Shown: positions 47,978 through 57,913, counted from the stretch's first letter. The stretch: DNA of 64,000 bases from an uncultured Bacilli bacterium (GCA_947626565.1 CANQSQ010000005.1:6462-70461); one strand, 5' to 3'. Notes: generated by a model not told the origin, from the letters alone. Numbers and translations are program-made.

Positions 47978-50926
47978 ATGCCTTTAAAAAGTAAGCCGTT
48001 ACCTAAAAGCAAAATGTTAATGATAAGTCTTTTGATAGTAGTAATTTTACTAGTAGGAGTTATATCTATTACTTTTGCGGAATTGACACCAGTAAAAACA
48101 GTTACTATTTATTCGGAAAAGAAAAACTATGATGATTATGAAGCTGGTGCTTGGAAAGTAGATAAGAGTGCTGAATGGGAGGATTATGGTAAGGCTGAAA
48201 TTACATTTGACGTTTCAACGATTATGAAATCTGATACAGAGTATTCTGATATTTTCTTTGTTTTAGATATATCTGGTTCAATGGATGGAGAAAAATTACA
48301 AAAGGTTAAGGAAGATGCTACTTCTTTGATTTCATCACTATTGACCAATAAAAATAATCAAGCGGCTTTAATAACGTTTGATACAACATCTGAGATTATT
48401 GAAGAACTAACAAACGATGAAGAAAAATTAATAAGTGAAATATATGGTTTAGAGACTAAGGGTAATACTAATTATTATCAGGCTTTAGTAAATGTTGAAT
48501 CTCTTTTAAAAAATTACAAACCTCAATCTAATCGAGAATGTATTGTTTTGTTTTTAACGGATGGGTATCCTAATGAAAATACTCCAAATCAAATAGCTCA
48601 ATTTCAGTACATAAAGAATGCTTATCCATTTGTGACAATTAATGGGGTTCAATATGAAATGGGCGATGAAGTTTTAGAACCTATAAAAGAAATAAGTGAT
48701 CGGCAATTTATTGCCGAAATGGAAAGCTTAAATAATGTTTTATTTGAGGCTTCCGTTGCGCCAATGTCTTATGAAGATTTTACGATAGTTGATTATATTG
48801 ATACTGATTATTTTACGGTTGAAAGTGAACGAGATATAAAGGTAAGTCAAGGTAATGTAGAATTTTCTAAGGAAGAGCAAAAAATAACTTGGCATATTTC
48901 TAAGTTGGTATCCGGTCAAGGAGCTCAAATGACTATTAAGGCTAAACTAAAAAATGAATATTTAAAAGATGGTGGAATATTTCCAACTAATGAAAAAGAA
49001 GAAATTAAATCCAAAATAGACAGCGATGAAGAAAATGTTGAAAGTACTGAAACACCAATTCTTTCTAGTCACTATAATGTTATTTATGAAGAAAATGCTC
49101 CTGATGATTGTCAGGTAGAAAATATACCAAAACAAGAAAAACATGCTGTTTTTGAAACGGTAGAAATTAGTAGTAAAAAACCTAGTTGTGAAGGTTATCA
49201 ATTTAAAGGTTGGGAAATTGTAACGGAAAGTGCAGAAAAGGTAAATGATGATTATTTTGTTATGCCTGGGGAAAATGTACACATAAGAGCTAAGTGGAGT
49301 AAATTACAGTTACAAAAGTCCATGAATGGAAAAGTGGTTAAAGTACAGACTTTATATAATATAATGAAGGATGCCTCAAAACAAGGAACAAAAGAAGAAG
49401 TGTTGGATACCAATGTTGATTTTAGTAGTGCACCAACTGATGATGATTCAGGTGTTTATAAAAGAAGTGGAACCGAAAATGATACATATCCTATATATTA
49501 TTATCGGGGAAATATTTCTAATAACAATGTAATATTTAATAATATGTGTTGGAAGATGGTTATTACTACGAAAACAGGAGGAGTTAAATTAATTTATAAT
49601 GGCTTACCATCTGAAGAAGGAACATGTGATAATACAAAAAGTAATGCTCAGGTAACAACGAAAGTTTTTAATGGCAGTTCTAGTTCTCCTGCTGATGTAG
49701 GATATATGTATGGAACTAGATATACTTATTCTGAACTCAGTATAAGGTGGCATAGTATAGTAGGAAAAAGTAGAACTTATCAAAGTTCGATGTCAAGTCA
49801 TACGTATTATTATAGTAACACGGTATCATGGGATGGGGAAAAATACACTTTAGATAACCCAGAAGCTCATGTTTGGAGTAGTGACCGTACTCAATTATAT
49901 GGTTACTATACTTGTAAAACAGAAAATGAAGAAAATTATACTTGTTCAACTGTTTATTGGGTTGATACCGATAATTCTAGTAGTAGTTATATGTATTACG
50001 TAGAGATGAGTAATGGAGAAACGTATGATAGTTTATATAATCAAGCAGAAAATACCACTTGGGAGTTTGGAAATGATGTTACATATAATGAAGAAACTGA
50101 GGAGTATTTATTAGTTGATTCTATAAAAATTCATCCTCTTAATTGGAGTAATGAGTATAAACTTGTACTTAATGCTCATCACTATACTTTTAGTGATTCA
50201 ACTAGCAAAAGTTCCGTAAAATATTTATGTTATATAGAAAGTAGTTCTGTATATTATATAACTTTAAGTAACGGCAAAAAAGTAGAAGATGCTTTAGAAG
50301 AAATGTTTTCTAGAAATCAAATAAATTCAACTATGAAGACATATATAGAGGATACCTGGTATAAAGAAAAATTTTTAAATGAAGATGAAACACCTAACGA
50401 ATATGCAGAAAAAATAGAAGATACAGTATATTGTAATGATCGTAGTATATCTAATTTGGGTAGTTGGGATAACGATGCTGCTTCATTTGGTTACTTAGAT
50501 TTTGGTGCCAGCAATCGAGTATACGATACTCATATACCAAGTTTAGAATGTGATAAATTAGATTCTTTTACGGTAAGTTCAGAAATAGGTAATGGTAAAC
50601 TAAAGTTTCCAGTAGGATTACTAAGTACAGATGAAGCAATGTTAGCAGGAGGAAGAAATTCAGCAAATTCAAAGTATTATCTATATACAGGTAGTAATTA
50701 TTGGCTGTTGTCCCCTTACGGTTTCAACTATCGCAACGCTGAAGTCTTCCGCGTCAATTCTTATGGTAACTTGGACAACTACAACGGCTACGTCCGCGAC
50801 ACGTACGGGGTCCGTCCTGTAATTTCACTTATTCATGACACAATGACTGAAGGTGGAACAGGAACGGTAGATGATCCTTATACTATAGCGATGAATGTAA
50901 ATGCTGATGAATTGGGTAACAGTTAG
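47978..50926 (+). CDS. Large membrane-anchored surface protein with a vWA domain, a Listeria-Bacteroides-type repeat and a C-terminal lectin-like module ending in a GVRPV motif
   Basis: It has an N-terminal TM anchor and a vWA MIDAS motif (FFVLDISGSMDG, GNTNYYQAL, LTDGYPN). A repeat of the GYxFxGW type is present (CEGYQFKGWEI). The C-terminal region has YYYRGNISNNNVIFNNMCWKMVI and YWLLSP...GVRPVISL. The start is the ATG at 47978 or, as in the ORF track, the ATG at 47960. Confidence 0.85.
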   Translation: MPLKSKPLPKSKMLMISLLIVVILLVGVISITFAELTPVKTVTIYSEKKNYDDYEAGAWKVDKSAEWEDYGKAEITFDVSTIMKSDTEYSDIFFVLDISGSMDGEKLQKVKEDATSLISSLLTNKNNQAALITFDTTSEIIEELTNDEEKLISEIYGLETKGNTNYYQALVNVESLLKNYKPQSNRECIVLFLTDGYPNENTPNQIAQFQYIKNAYPFVTINGVQYEMGDEVLEPIKEISDRQFIAEMESLNNVLFEASVAPMSYEDFTIVDYIDTDYFTVESERDIKVSQGNVEFSKEEQKITWHISKLVSGQGAQMTIKAKLKNEYLKDGGIFPTNEKEEIKSKIDSDEENVESTETPILSSHYNVIYEENAPDDCQVENIPKQEKHAVFETVEISSKKPSCEGYQFKGWEIVTESAEKVNDDYFVMPGENVHIRAKWSKLQLQKSMNGKVVKVQTLYNIMKDASKQGTKEEVLDTNVDFSSAPTDDDSGVYKRSGTENDTYPIYYYRGNISNNNVIFNNMCWKMVITTKTGGVKLIYNGLPSEEGTCDNTKSNAQVTTKVFNGSSSSPADVGYMYGTRYTYSELSIRWHSIVGKSRTYQSSMSSHTYYYSNTVSWDGEKYTLDNPEAHVWSSDRTQLYGYYTCKTENEENYTCSTVYWVDTDNSSSSYMYYVEMSNGETYDSLYNQAENTTWEFGNDVTYNEETEEYLLVDSIKIHPLNWSNEYKLVLNAHHYTFSDSTSKSSVKYLCYIESSSVYYITLSNGKKVEDALEEMFSRNQINSTMKTYIEDTWYKEKFLNEDETPNEYAEKIEDTVYCNDRSISNLGSWDNDAASFGYLDFGASNRVYDTHIPSLECDKLDSFTVSSEIGNGKLKFPVGLLSTDEAMLAGGRNSANSKYYLYTGSNYWLLSPYGFNYRNAEVFRVNSYGNLDNYNGYVRDTYGVRPVISLIHDTMTEGGTGTVDDPYTIAMNVNADELGNS
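50705..50818 (+). other. Compositionally aberrant NNC-codon patch inside the vWA gene; candidate DGR variable region
   Basis: I counted by hand across 38 codons. Of these, 22 end in C, 60 of 114 nt are G or C, and only 23 of 114 nt are A. All four Arg codons are CGN and four Val codons are GTC. The flanking codons on both sides return to the AT-rich usage of the rest of the gene. The patch ends 108 nt before the stop codon. Confidence 0.45.
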
Positions 50927-50927
50927 A

Positions 50928-50955
50928 AAATTTACAATGAAAGTTGTAAATTTTT
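50928..50955 (+). terminator. Intrinsic terminator after the vWA gene
   Basis: The stem aatttacaa/ttgtaaatt has a 6-nt loop and is followed by T5. Confidence 0.75.
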
Positions 50956-51002
50956 TAGTCAAGGAATAAGAAAAGTATCATAAATTATATTAGGTGAAAG
51001 GT

Positions 51003-51386
51003 ATGACAAAAGAGCAATTTAAAGAGTTTGCTAGAAAACATCCGGAGTTAGCTGTTAAAGTGATGCAGGGTAATACAACTTGGCAAAAACTATATGAGTT
51101 ATATGACATTTATGGAGAAGAAGGTAGTGTGTGGGATAATTATATAACACCTATTTCAGCAGTCAATAATAATCAAACTAGTCAAAATCAAAATACACCT
51201 ACAACGTTTAAAGAATTTTTTAATACTTTTAAAAATATGGATATGGATTCAATTCAAAAAGGAGTTACTAATTTACAAAAAACAATTGGTTTGTTGCAAG
51301 ATTTAGGAATAGCTTCATTAGGAAAAGTTACTGGAAATACGGAAAAGTATCAACCACGTCCTATATATAAGAGGTTTGAAGACTAA
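51003..51386 (+). CDS. ylbD: YlbD-like protein
   Basis: The segment FKEFARKHPELAVKVMQGNTTWQKLYELYDIYGEEGSVWDNY resembles B. subtilis YlbD as I recall it. It also occupies the first position of a ylbD-ylbE-ylbF-rsmD block. Confidence 0.55.
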   Translation: MTKEQFKEFARKHPELAVKVMQGNTTWQKLYELYDIYGEEGSVWDNYITPISAVNNNQTSQNQNTPTTFKEFFNTFKNMDMDSIQKGVTNLQKTIGLLQDLGIASLGKVTGNTEKYQPRPIYKRFED

Positions 51387-51607
51387 TGGATTTATATACA
51401 ATTAACTATGTAAAAAGTAATCCCCATATTTATAATTATTTAAGAGAAAATTCTACTTGGTATAAATTATTAAATAGAGATCCTAGTACTTTAAAAGTGC
51501 TAGAAGAAAGAGCTAAAGAAAAGTATAAATTGCGCTTGAGTGATCGATTAGAAAAAATATCTAATAATATTAGTTTGATTTCATCATTTATGGATGTATT
51601 AAAATAA
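51386..51607 (+). CDS. ylbE: YlbE-like protein
   Basis: The segment NYVKSNPHIYNYLRENSTWYKLLNRDPSTLKVLE resembles YlbE as I recall it. Its start overlaps the previous stop as TAATG. Confidence 0.55.
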   Translation: MDLYTINYVKSNPHIYNYLRENSTWYKLLNRDPSTLKVLEERAKEKYKLRLSDRLEKISNNISLISSFMDVLK

Positions 51608-51629
51608 AAATTAGTGATAAAATAGAGGT

Positions 51630-51920
51630 ATGGAAGTATTAAGAGAAAAAATTGATAATTTAAAAAGGGAATTAGATAAACAAGAAGAAGTTATGAGAAT
51701 AAGAAAGCTCAATCAAAAAATTAAGACTGATAAAGAATTAAAAGAGCTTATAGAACAATATCGTACTCATAATTCTTTTTCGCTTGTTAGAAAGATTGAA
51801 GCTAATAAGTTATTTCAAGAATACAAAGAAAGTGAGACTAATTTAAATATTTTAATATTAAAAATAAATCAAAAATTGAAAGAAATAAATGAAGGGAACG
51901 CTAAAGATGAAAGTAATTAG
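51630..51920 (+). CDS. Short YlbF/YmcA-like helical protein
   Basis: This 96-aa coiled helical protein sits where Bacillus has ylbF. The assignment rests mainly on synteny. Confidence 0.4.
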   Translation: MEVLREKIDNLKRELDKQEEVMRIRKLNQKIKTDKELKELIEQYRTHNSFSLVRKIEANKLFQEYKESETNLNILILKINQKLKEINEGNAKDESN

Positions 51921-52440
51921 TGGCTTATATAAGGGAAGAAAAATAGAAGGATTCGATATAGATGGAACAAGACCTACTATGGATAGGGTTAAAGAAAGTT
52001 TATTTGCGATGATTCAGGATTATGTAAAAGATGGTGTAGTATTAGATTTATTTGCTGGTAGTGGTAATTTAGCAATTGAAGCTTTAAGTGAACAAGCTAA
52101 TTTTGCCTATTTAGTTGATAATAATAAAAAAGCAATTGAGATGATAAAAAAGAATATAAAAAATATTAATATTAATAATTGTGAAGTTATTTATAGTGAT
52201 TATAGACAGGCTTTGAAAAGTTTTACTAAAGGACAATTTGATGTTATATTTTTAGATCCTCCTTATAAAACAAATTTTATTGAAGAAAGTCTTAAAATAA
52301 TTGATGAAAGTAATTTACTTAAAGATAATGGGATAATTGTTTGTGAAAGTGATGGTTTGGATAAAATAGTTTATAGTGATCGATATAAAAGTTTTAAAGA
52401 AAAAAAATATGGCGATAAATGGGTAGTCATTTTGAAGTAA
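51907..52440 (+). CDS. rsmD: 16S rRNA (guanine966-N2)-methyltransferase RsmD
   Basis: It has a SAM-binding motif (VLDLFAGSGNLAIEALS) and a DPPY motif (IFLDPPYK). The ATG at 51907 gives the typical N-terminus MKVISGLYKGRKI. Confidence 0.88.
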   Translation: MKVISGLYKGRKIEGFDIDGTRPTMDRVKESLFAMIQDYVKDGVVLDLFAGSGNLAIEALSEQANFAYLVDNNKKAIEMIKKNIKNININNCEVIYSDYRQALKSFTKGQFDVIFLDPPYKTNFIEESLKIIDESNLLKDNGIIVCESDGLDKIVYSDRYKSFKEKKYGDKWVVILK

Positions 52441-52475
52441 ATATGATACAATTAATTGTATAATAGGTGAATGAT

Positions 52476-54272
52476 ATGAAGAAATTGAATAATAAAGGGT
52501 TTGCTATTTCAACAATGTTGTATGGCTTATCAATAATGGGTGTTTTAATTGTATTATTACTAATGAGTATAATGTCTTCTAATAGGATTAATACAGCTAA
52601 TTTTGTAAATCAGATAGAAGATGATTTGAATCGTTTTAGTTTAACAGAGACAACTATTAGGTCATCAGCTGAAACAACTGGTGCCCAGGAATATATAGTT
52701 CCTTATGGACAAGCTGGCTGGTATAAGATAGAGTTATGGGGAGCATCTGGTGGCGATAAAAATGGACATATTGGTGGAAAAGGTGCCTATACTTCGGGAG
52801 TAATATATTTAGAGGAAAATACGCATTTATATTTTTATATAGGTACTCAAGGAACGACAAGTGCTGGTGGTAAAAATGGTGGTGGTCCTAGTAATTCTTC
52901 AACTGCTGGTGGTGGTGGAGCTACAGGAGTACGAATGGAAAATGGCAATTACGAGGATACGAGATCAGTTCAAACTAGAATTATGGTAGCCGCTGGTGGA
53001 GGCGGAGCTACTAATAGTGCCAATGGTGGCAATGGTGGAACTTTACAAGGTTATACGACAAGTGGTGGAGCTGGCTCAGCTACCCAAATTAGTGGTAATT
53101 TTATTACGAAAAGTGCTGGCGGTGGAGCCGGATTTCGTAATGGGGGAGTTGCTGAAGGTGGAAGTTCCTATATTTCTGGTTATGCGGGAGTTAGTTCTTA
53201 TAAATTAAATACTAGTACTAATACTTTAGCCCAAGAGACTGGTTTAGTAGCCATTGATTATAAAGAGCCTATTTATAATACTGAAACAGGAGATTTTACA
53301 GGTAGTTATTATACTCCGGCTCGAGGTTATAGATTTATAAATGGTTTTATGGTAGCTGGAGCTAATAAAGGTGATGGAAAAGCTAATATTCAAAAAATAT
53401 CAGAATCAACAGCTAATTTACCAACTAAGAGTAATTTAACAAATGTAAAAATGATAATTGATTGTACTAGTTCTGATGCAGCTGTTTGGCAAGAAGTTCA
53501 AGCTATTGCAAATGGCGTTAATGTAGTAAAGACAGCTAGTACGGTTAATACGTCAACTTCTAATAATGGGAATGTTAAAGATGGAAATTTAGCAACTACG
53601 GGTAATATTGCATCACCGACAACGCAAAACTGTTTAAAAATAACATTAAATAGTAATACTAATTTAGATGAAGTAGCGGTTTGGCATAAGAGTGGAAATA
53701 TTAATAAACATTCGTTAAGAGTATGTACTTCAACAAGTGAAAGTAGTTGTAGATCTTTAAGTAATTTTGATGCTGTAGGTGATAGTGATCCGATAGTAGA
53801 GAGTGTTAATGGTTTACATTATTCGGCTTATCGTACTGATACAGTAGCTAAACCAGCTGATGGAGTTTATTATATTATTCCAGTAGTTGATGAGTCTGTT
53901 ACTTTAACGACTAGTGATCCTAATGCAGGAGAGTCTTTAGTTACATTAAAAGGAATAGATGGAACAAGATTTCAAAAATGGAGTATTCAAAATCTTGATG
54001 GAACTTATTATAAGATATTAGGTACGCAAAATAATTATGCTTTTCAATATCGTGAAGGTACTCCGGATGCTGGAGAGTATTTGGTGGCTCCAAAAGAGTA
54101 TTTTGGTAATCAGGAAGAAAAATGGCAAATCATTCCAACAACTAATGGACGTTATATAATTAAGTCACAATTGGGAAGTAAATTAAATAAAGATGGTAGT
54201 TATGTTAGGTCAGTACTCAATTCTTATACAGGCCAATCTACAAAATTTTATTTAGTTAATGTTGATTATTAG
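52476..54272 (+). CDS. Membrane-anchored glycine-rich protein with an ALK/LTK-type Gly-rich domain, a discoidin-like domain and a ricin-type beta-trefoil lectin-like domain
   Basis: The N-terminus KKLNNKGFAISTMLYGLSIMGVLIVLLL is pilin-like or a signal anchor. The Gly-rich domain reads YKIELWGASGGDKNGHIGGKGAYTSGVIYLEENTHLYFYIGTQG...AAGGGGAT. A galactose-binding-like segment follows (VWQEVQAIANG...VKDGNLATT...LDEVAVWHK). QxW-type repeats follow (FQKWSIQ, EEKWQIIP). The ATG at 52476 follows an AGGTGA RBS. Confidence 0.8.
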   Translation: MKKLNNKGFAISTMLYGLSIMGVLIVLLLMSIMSSNRINTANFVNQIEDDLNRFSLTETTIRSSAETTGAQEYIVPYGQAGWYKIELWGASGGDKNGHIGGKGAYTSGVIYLEENTHLYFYIGTQGTTSAGGKNGGGPSNSSTAGGGGATGVRMENGNYEDTRSVQTRIMVAAGGGGATNSANGGNGGTLQGYTTSGGAGSATQISGNFITKSAGGGAGFRNGGVAEGGSSYISGYAGVSSYKLNTSTNTLAQETGLVAIDYKEPIYNTETGDFTGSYYTPARGYRFINGFMVAGANKGDGKANIQKISESTANLPTKSNLTNVKMIIDCTSSDAAVWQEVQAIANGVNVVKTASTVNTSTSNNGNVKDGNLATTGNIASPTTQNCLKITLNSNTNLDEVAVWHKSGNINKHSLRVCTSTSESSCRSLSNFDAVGDSDPIVESVNGLHYSAYRTDTVAKPADGVYYIIPVVDESVTLTTSDPNAGESLVTLKGIDGTRFQKWSIQNLDGTYYKILGTQNNYAFQYREGTPDAGEYLVAPKEYFGNQEEKWQIIPTTNGRYIIKSQLGSKLNKDGSYVRSVLNSYTGQSTKFYLVNVDY

Positions 54273-54311
54273 TAGTTTATTTGGACTACTAATTTTTATT
54301 TTTTAATCTTT

Positions 54312-54338
54312 TTAGCACAAAATATTGACAAGTGCTAA
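54312..54338 (+). promoter_or_regulatory. CIRCE operator 1 (HrcA binding site) overlapping the hrcA promoter -35
   Basis: The sequence TTAGCACaa-N9-aaGTGCTAA matches the CIRCE consensus TTAGCACTC-N9-GAGTGCTAA. The TTGACA -35 (54325-54330) lies inside the spacer and the TACAAT -10 is at 54348-54353. Confidence 0.85.
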
Positions 54339-54357
54339 AAAATGACATACAATACAA

Positions 54358-54384
54358 TTAGCACTCATAAATTAGTAGTGCTAG
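54358..54384 (+). promoter_or_regulatory. CIRCE operator 2, located in the 5' UTR of hrcA
   Basis: The sequence TTAGCACTC-ataaattag-tAGTGCTAg differs from the CIRCE consensus at two positions. Confidence 0.85.
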
Positions 54385-54395
54385 GAGGTTGTAGT

Positions 54396-55385
54396 ATGTT
54401 GACTGATAGACAAAATAGAATCTTAAAATTAATTGTCGAAAGATACATAAAGGATCCGACACCAGTTGGTTCTAAAGTTATTTCAAAAAAAATGAAATGT
54501 TCTTCAGCAACGATACGAAATGAAATGGGTGTTTTGGAAGATAATGGATTATTGGAAAAGACACATACATCCTCTGGAAGAGTTCCCTCTAGTAAAGGAT
54601 ATAGATATTATGTAGATAATCTTATGGAACTTAAAAAGATGAATGCTGAAGATATGTTAAAGTTACAAACAGTATTTAAAAATCAACAATTAGCGTTATC
54701 TGATGTGATTGAAAAAAGTTTACAAGTAATATCAGATATGATGAACTATACGACAATAGTTCTAGGTAGTAATTCTCATGAGAACCTTCTTAAACAAATA
54801 GAGGTAGTTCCGATTGATGAAGATAGTATGATTGTGATTATTGTAACAGATAAGAGACATGTTGAGCATAAAAATATTAGATTGCATGATGTATCTTTAG
54901 AAGAGGTGAAGAAGACAGTAGGTCTAATTAATAATTTAATAGCTGGTACACCAATTGATGAAGTAAGTACAAAATTAGAGTATGAAATTAAGCCTATTAT
55001 AGGAAATTATGTTAAACAACATGAACAATTATATAATGCTTTCTATCATGTATTTAATGATTTTACTAATCAAGAGGTTAATATTGTTGGTAGAAGTAAG
55101 ATGTTAGAACAACCAGAGTTTAGTACGAATATAGACAAAATAAAAACAGTATTTAATAAGTTAGAAAATAAATCATTACTTCGAAATATTGAAGAAGATG
55201 ATGATAATAATATTAAAGTTTATATTGGTGATGAGACAAATATAGATAGCGATGTTACTGTTATTAAAACAAAGTTTAAAAATGGCTATGAGGAAGGAAC
55301 TATAGCTATAATAGGTCCTAAAAGAATGGAATATGATCGTGTTGTATCATTACTAGAATATATGAAAGAAAACATAGAAAGGTAG
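54396..55385 (+). CDS. hrcA: Heat-inducible transcription repressor HrcA
   Basis: The sequence MLTDRQNRILKLIVERYIKDPTPVGSKVIS is a typical HrcA N-terminus. The ATG at 54396 follows an AGGAGG RBS, and the longer ORF-track start would read through the CIRCE sites. Confidence 0.93.
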   Translation: MLTDRQNRILKLIVERYIKDPTPVGSKVISKKMKCSSATIRNEMGVLEDNGLLEKTHTSSGRVPSSKGYRYYVDNLMELKKMNAEDMLKLQTVFKNQQLALSDVIEKSLQVISDMMNYTTIVLGSNSHENLLKQIEVVPIDEDSMIVIIVTDKRHVEHKNIRLHDVSLEEVKKTVGLINNLIAGTPIDEVSTKLEYEIKPIIGNYVKQHEQLYNAFYHVFNDFTNQEVNIVGRSKMLEQPEFSTNIDKIKTVFNKLENKSLLRNIEEDDDNNIKVYIGDETNIDSDVTVIKTKFKNGYEEGTIAIIGPKRMEYDRVVSLLEYMKENIER

Positions 55386-55390
55386 GTATT

Positions 55391-55981
55391 ATGAATACTA
55401 AGAAGAAAGTAGAAAATAAAGCTTCTAATGAACAGCAAGAGTTAAAAATGAATGAAACAGAAGTTAAGAATGATGAAGTAAAAACGGAAGAAGAAAAAAT
55501 TAAAGATGAAAATACGAAGTTACAAGAAGAAATAAAAAAACTACAAGATGATAATAAAGGTTTAGTTGAAAAAGTACAACTTGCTCAAGCTGAATTAATT
55601 AATTATCGTAAAAGAAAAGACGAAGAAGTGACTAATACTTTAAAATTTGCAAATCAAGATTTGATTATGGAAATTCTTCCTATAGTTGATAATTTTGAAA
55701 GAGCTATTAAATTGGATGATAATGATTTAACAGATGAGTTATCAAAATTCTTAGCAGGATTTAAAATGATGTATGCAACTCTAACAGATGTTTTAAAGAA
55801 GTTTGGAGTTGAGGAAATAAATAGAGTTGGTGAAAAGTTTGATCCAACTTGTGAACAGGCTTTGATGACTGATTGTGCCGAGGAGTTAGAAGATGAAGCA
55901 GTTATTGAAGTATTATTAAAAGGTTATAGATATAAAGGTAGGGTAATAAGACCTGCCTCTGTAAAAATAAATCAAAAGTAA
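55391..55981 (+). CDS. grpE: Nucleotide exchange factor GrpE
   Basis: It has GrpE motifs (INYRKRKDEE, LPIVDNFERA, GYRYKGRVIRPASV) and sits in the hrcA-grpE-dnaK-dnaJ order. Confidence 0.93.
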   Translation: MNTKKKVENKASNEQQELKMNETEVKNDEVKTEEEKIKDENTKLQEEIKKLQDDNKGLVEKVQLAQAELINYRKRKDEEVTNTLKFANQDLIMEILPIVDNFERAIKLDDNDLTDELSKFLAGFKMMYATLTDVLKKFGVEEINRVGEKFDPTCEQALMTDCAEELEDEAVIEVLLKGYRYKGRVIRPASVKINQK

Positions 55982-56006
55982 AATAGATATATAAAAGGAG
56001 AGATAA

Positions 56007-57860
<1,854 letters not shown>

Positions 57861-57862
57861 AG

Positions 57863-57890
57863 TTAAGTAGTCTTAGGGACTACTTAATTT
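57863..57890 (+). terminator. Stem-loop between dnaK and dnaJ (weak terminator or processing/stability element)
   Basis: A 10-bp stem ttaagtagtc/gactacttaa with a 5-nt loop is followed by only TTT. Confidence 0.45.
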
Positions 57891-57913
57891 CTATGTAAAA
57901 AAGGAGTGAGCTT

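Noticed and set aside
45491-49949. Many antisense ORFs of 60-125 aa lie inside leuS and the vWA gene (for example 47466-47843 and 48962-49282).
   Set aside because: Their Phe/Ile/Asn/Tyr-rich translations are typical of the reverse complement of AT-rich genes, and they have no start context. I made the same judgement for 5-205, 266-451, 18849-19091, 19722-19904, 23379-23612, 33123-33416, 59451-59675 and 60129-60368.
52996-53208. A +-strand 70-aa ORF lies in an alternative frame inside the glycine-rich gene, and a 67-aa - strand ORF lies at 52657-52860.
   Set aside because: They are by-products of the repetitive GGT/GGA/GCT codon runs. The main frame gives a coherent multi-domain protein.
47960-54300. 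I searched for a DGR template repeat or a reverse transcriptase near the candidate variable region.
   Set aside because: I saw no second copy of the 114-bp patch (A-rich or otherwise) in the flanking intergenic regions, and no ORF in the window has RT motifs. The DGR interpretation therefore remains a hypothesis that needs data from outside this window.
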